DNA of 64,000 nucleotides from Deltaproteobacteria bacterium (GTDB lineage Bacteria; Desulfobacterota; GWC2-55-46): NCBI GenBank assembly GCA_016219075.1, contig JACRCJ010000286.1, positions 27,528 to 91,527 of the forward strand, read 5' to 3'. Shown piece by piece: positions 63,147 to 64,000 of this stretch (position 1 is its first letter; each line of letters starts with the position of its first letter). The notes under the pieces were generated by a model. It saw only the letters and a program-made list of their open reading frames with translations, ran no database searches and was not told where the DNA came from. The position numbers and the translations under genes were made by a program.

Positions 63147-64000
63147 TCAAAACCTGTATATGAATATCGAATACCCGATGGTATCGATCGGCCTGGCTTC
63201 CCTGAAGACCCTGTAAAAATCCCTGTCCGGCAGATATACACCCTGCAGCATCGTGGCGCTTATGGCGAAGTACCCCTTGACAGGCGTGGAGGGCTTCGCG
63301 TTCCGGGGGTTTAGTATGAGGAAGCTCGGCAGGTACTCGTAATCGATGGAGAAGTACCCCGGGTCGGCCAGCCCGAAGTAGGCGAGCTTTATCCGGCCGA
63401 TGTTTTTCTCGTCCATGTAGGCCTTGAGGCCTTTGAGGTCCTGCCCCCAATCGAGGTTCGAATCGACAAGGTATCTGTACCCGTTGCCGGGCCCCCCGAT
63501 GAACTCGTTGAAGTAGGCGAGGTCGTGAGGGAATATCGAGGCCGCCGAGTACGCGTACCATACGACGCACCCGCATAAGACGGCCCTGGCCGCCCTCATG
63601 CTCCGCGTCCTGATATTCGGGGCAAACCCTATGAGGGTAAAGATGAACGGATAGACAGGGAGTATATGCCTTATGCCTATGTTCACCTTCTGTGCGGACA
63701 TCGCCGCGAAAACAAACGCGGCGGGTAAGGCGACAAAAAGAAGAACGCCTTTTGTGCCGCGTCCCTTCGGGAGATAAAGCAGCGCCGCTATAAGGAGGAA
63801 GATTACAGGTATCGGCGTCTTTATGAGGAACGCCACGGGGAAGTAATACCACCAGCCCTCCGTCGAGTACCTTCCCATAAGGAAGGCCGCCTTGCCTGAG
63901 CCCGCGCCCGTCAATACTCCAGCCACGCTATAGAGGTACGCCTCGGGCAGGAGCTTTATCTTCCTTAAAAAGCCGAATACAGGCGTAAGGCCGGATAGGG
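63147..64000 (-). CDS. GT-C/PMT_2-like integral membrane protein, 5' partial (frame open to window edge)
   Basis: Frame has no stop between 63926 and 64000 (upstream residues ...LSGLTPVFGFLRKIKLLPEAYLYS). The track start is a GTG. Multi-TM followed by a soluble C-terminal domain, as in ArnT/PMT-like proteins. Confidence 0.4.
   Translation of the reverse strand, partial: LSGLTPVFGFLRKIKLLPEAYLYSVAGVLTGAGSGKAAFLMGRYSTEGWWYYFPVAFLIKTPIPVIFLLIAALLYLPKGRGTKGVLLFVALPAAFVFAAMSAQKVNIGIRHILPVYPFIFTLIGFAPNIRTRSMRAARAVLCGCVVWYAYSAASIFPHDLAYFNEFIGGPGNGYRYLVDSNLDWGQDLKGLKAYMDEKNIGRIKLAYFGLADPGYFSIDYEYLPSFLILNPRNAKPSTPVKGYFAISATMLQGVYLPDRDFYRVFREARPIDTIGYSIFIYRF

Noticed and set aside
63136-63852. Long N-terminal part of track ORF 62542-63852 (MVLLPRGVPHKDADTCNLPPYSG...)
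   Set aside because: It is antisense-shadow-like Arg/His/Pro-rich sequence overlapping the GT-C gene on the same strand in another frame. The real pilin starts at the ATG at 63135 with a canonical MGKKG|FTVIE leader.
1-64000. CRISPR arrays, rRNA genes, transposases and insertion sequences
   Set aside because: No short direct-repeat/spacer periodicity, no rRNA-like conserved stretches, and no DDE or serine recombinase ORFs were seen. The only repeats are the two ~118-nt copies and the 26-nt motif.

Overview
High-GC (~60%) sequence from a diderm bacterium with marked AGG (Arg), ATA (Ile) and AAG (Lys) codon preference. The lineage cannot be assigned from sequence alone. The window has two parts. 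Bases 1-31851 form one uninterrupted + strand gene array of about 23 genes, most separated by 0-15 nt or overlapping, that encodes a Wzx/Wzy-type surface polysaccharide pathway. It contains a WecA-like initiating transferase, a WbpM/PglF-like dehydratase, a Wzz co-polymerase, a Wzx flippase, a Wzy_C polymerase/ligase, a giant OPX/Wza-like exporter with its outer-membrane beta-barrel partner, and GT1, GT2, GT9, CgeB-like and GT-C transferases. Its unusual feature is five paralogous cobalamin-binding (class B) radical SAM enzymes, three in tandem at 2920-7798 and two at 18574-21485, preceded by a UxaA-family dehydratase, a HAD phosphatase and a cupin. This is the candidate novel system: a glycan locus built around radical SAM tailoring. 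After a tRNA-Arg(CCT) island (with a stand-alone AsnC/RAM-domain gene and an inverted tRNA fragment), bases 32.8-64 kb are almost entirely - strand. They carry housekeeping genes (xerD, glnD, an AmiC-like amidase, mutS, a GH57 glucanotransferase, a BamB-like lipoprotein, miaB) and a REC-DUF4388 response regulator translationally coupled to a degenerate GGDEF-like protein. They also carry a complete type IV/MSHA-like pilus module: an ExeA(MshM)-like ATPase, a TPR protein, pilMNOPQ, a SPOR lipoprotein coupled to the secretin, four prepilin-like minor pilins (one apparently TTG-initiated), and an 828-aa Thr/Ser-rich Ig-like adhesin in the PilY1 position. A ~118-nt hairpin-containing intergenic element occurs twice (26840-26957 and 51785-51898), and a shorter 26-nt motif recurs in three intergenic regions. 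No CRISPR array, rRNA or obvious transposase was seen.
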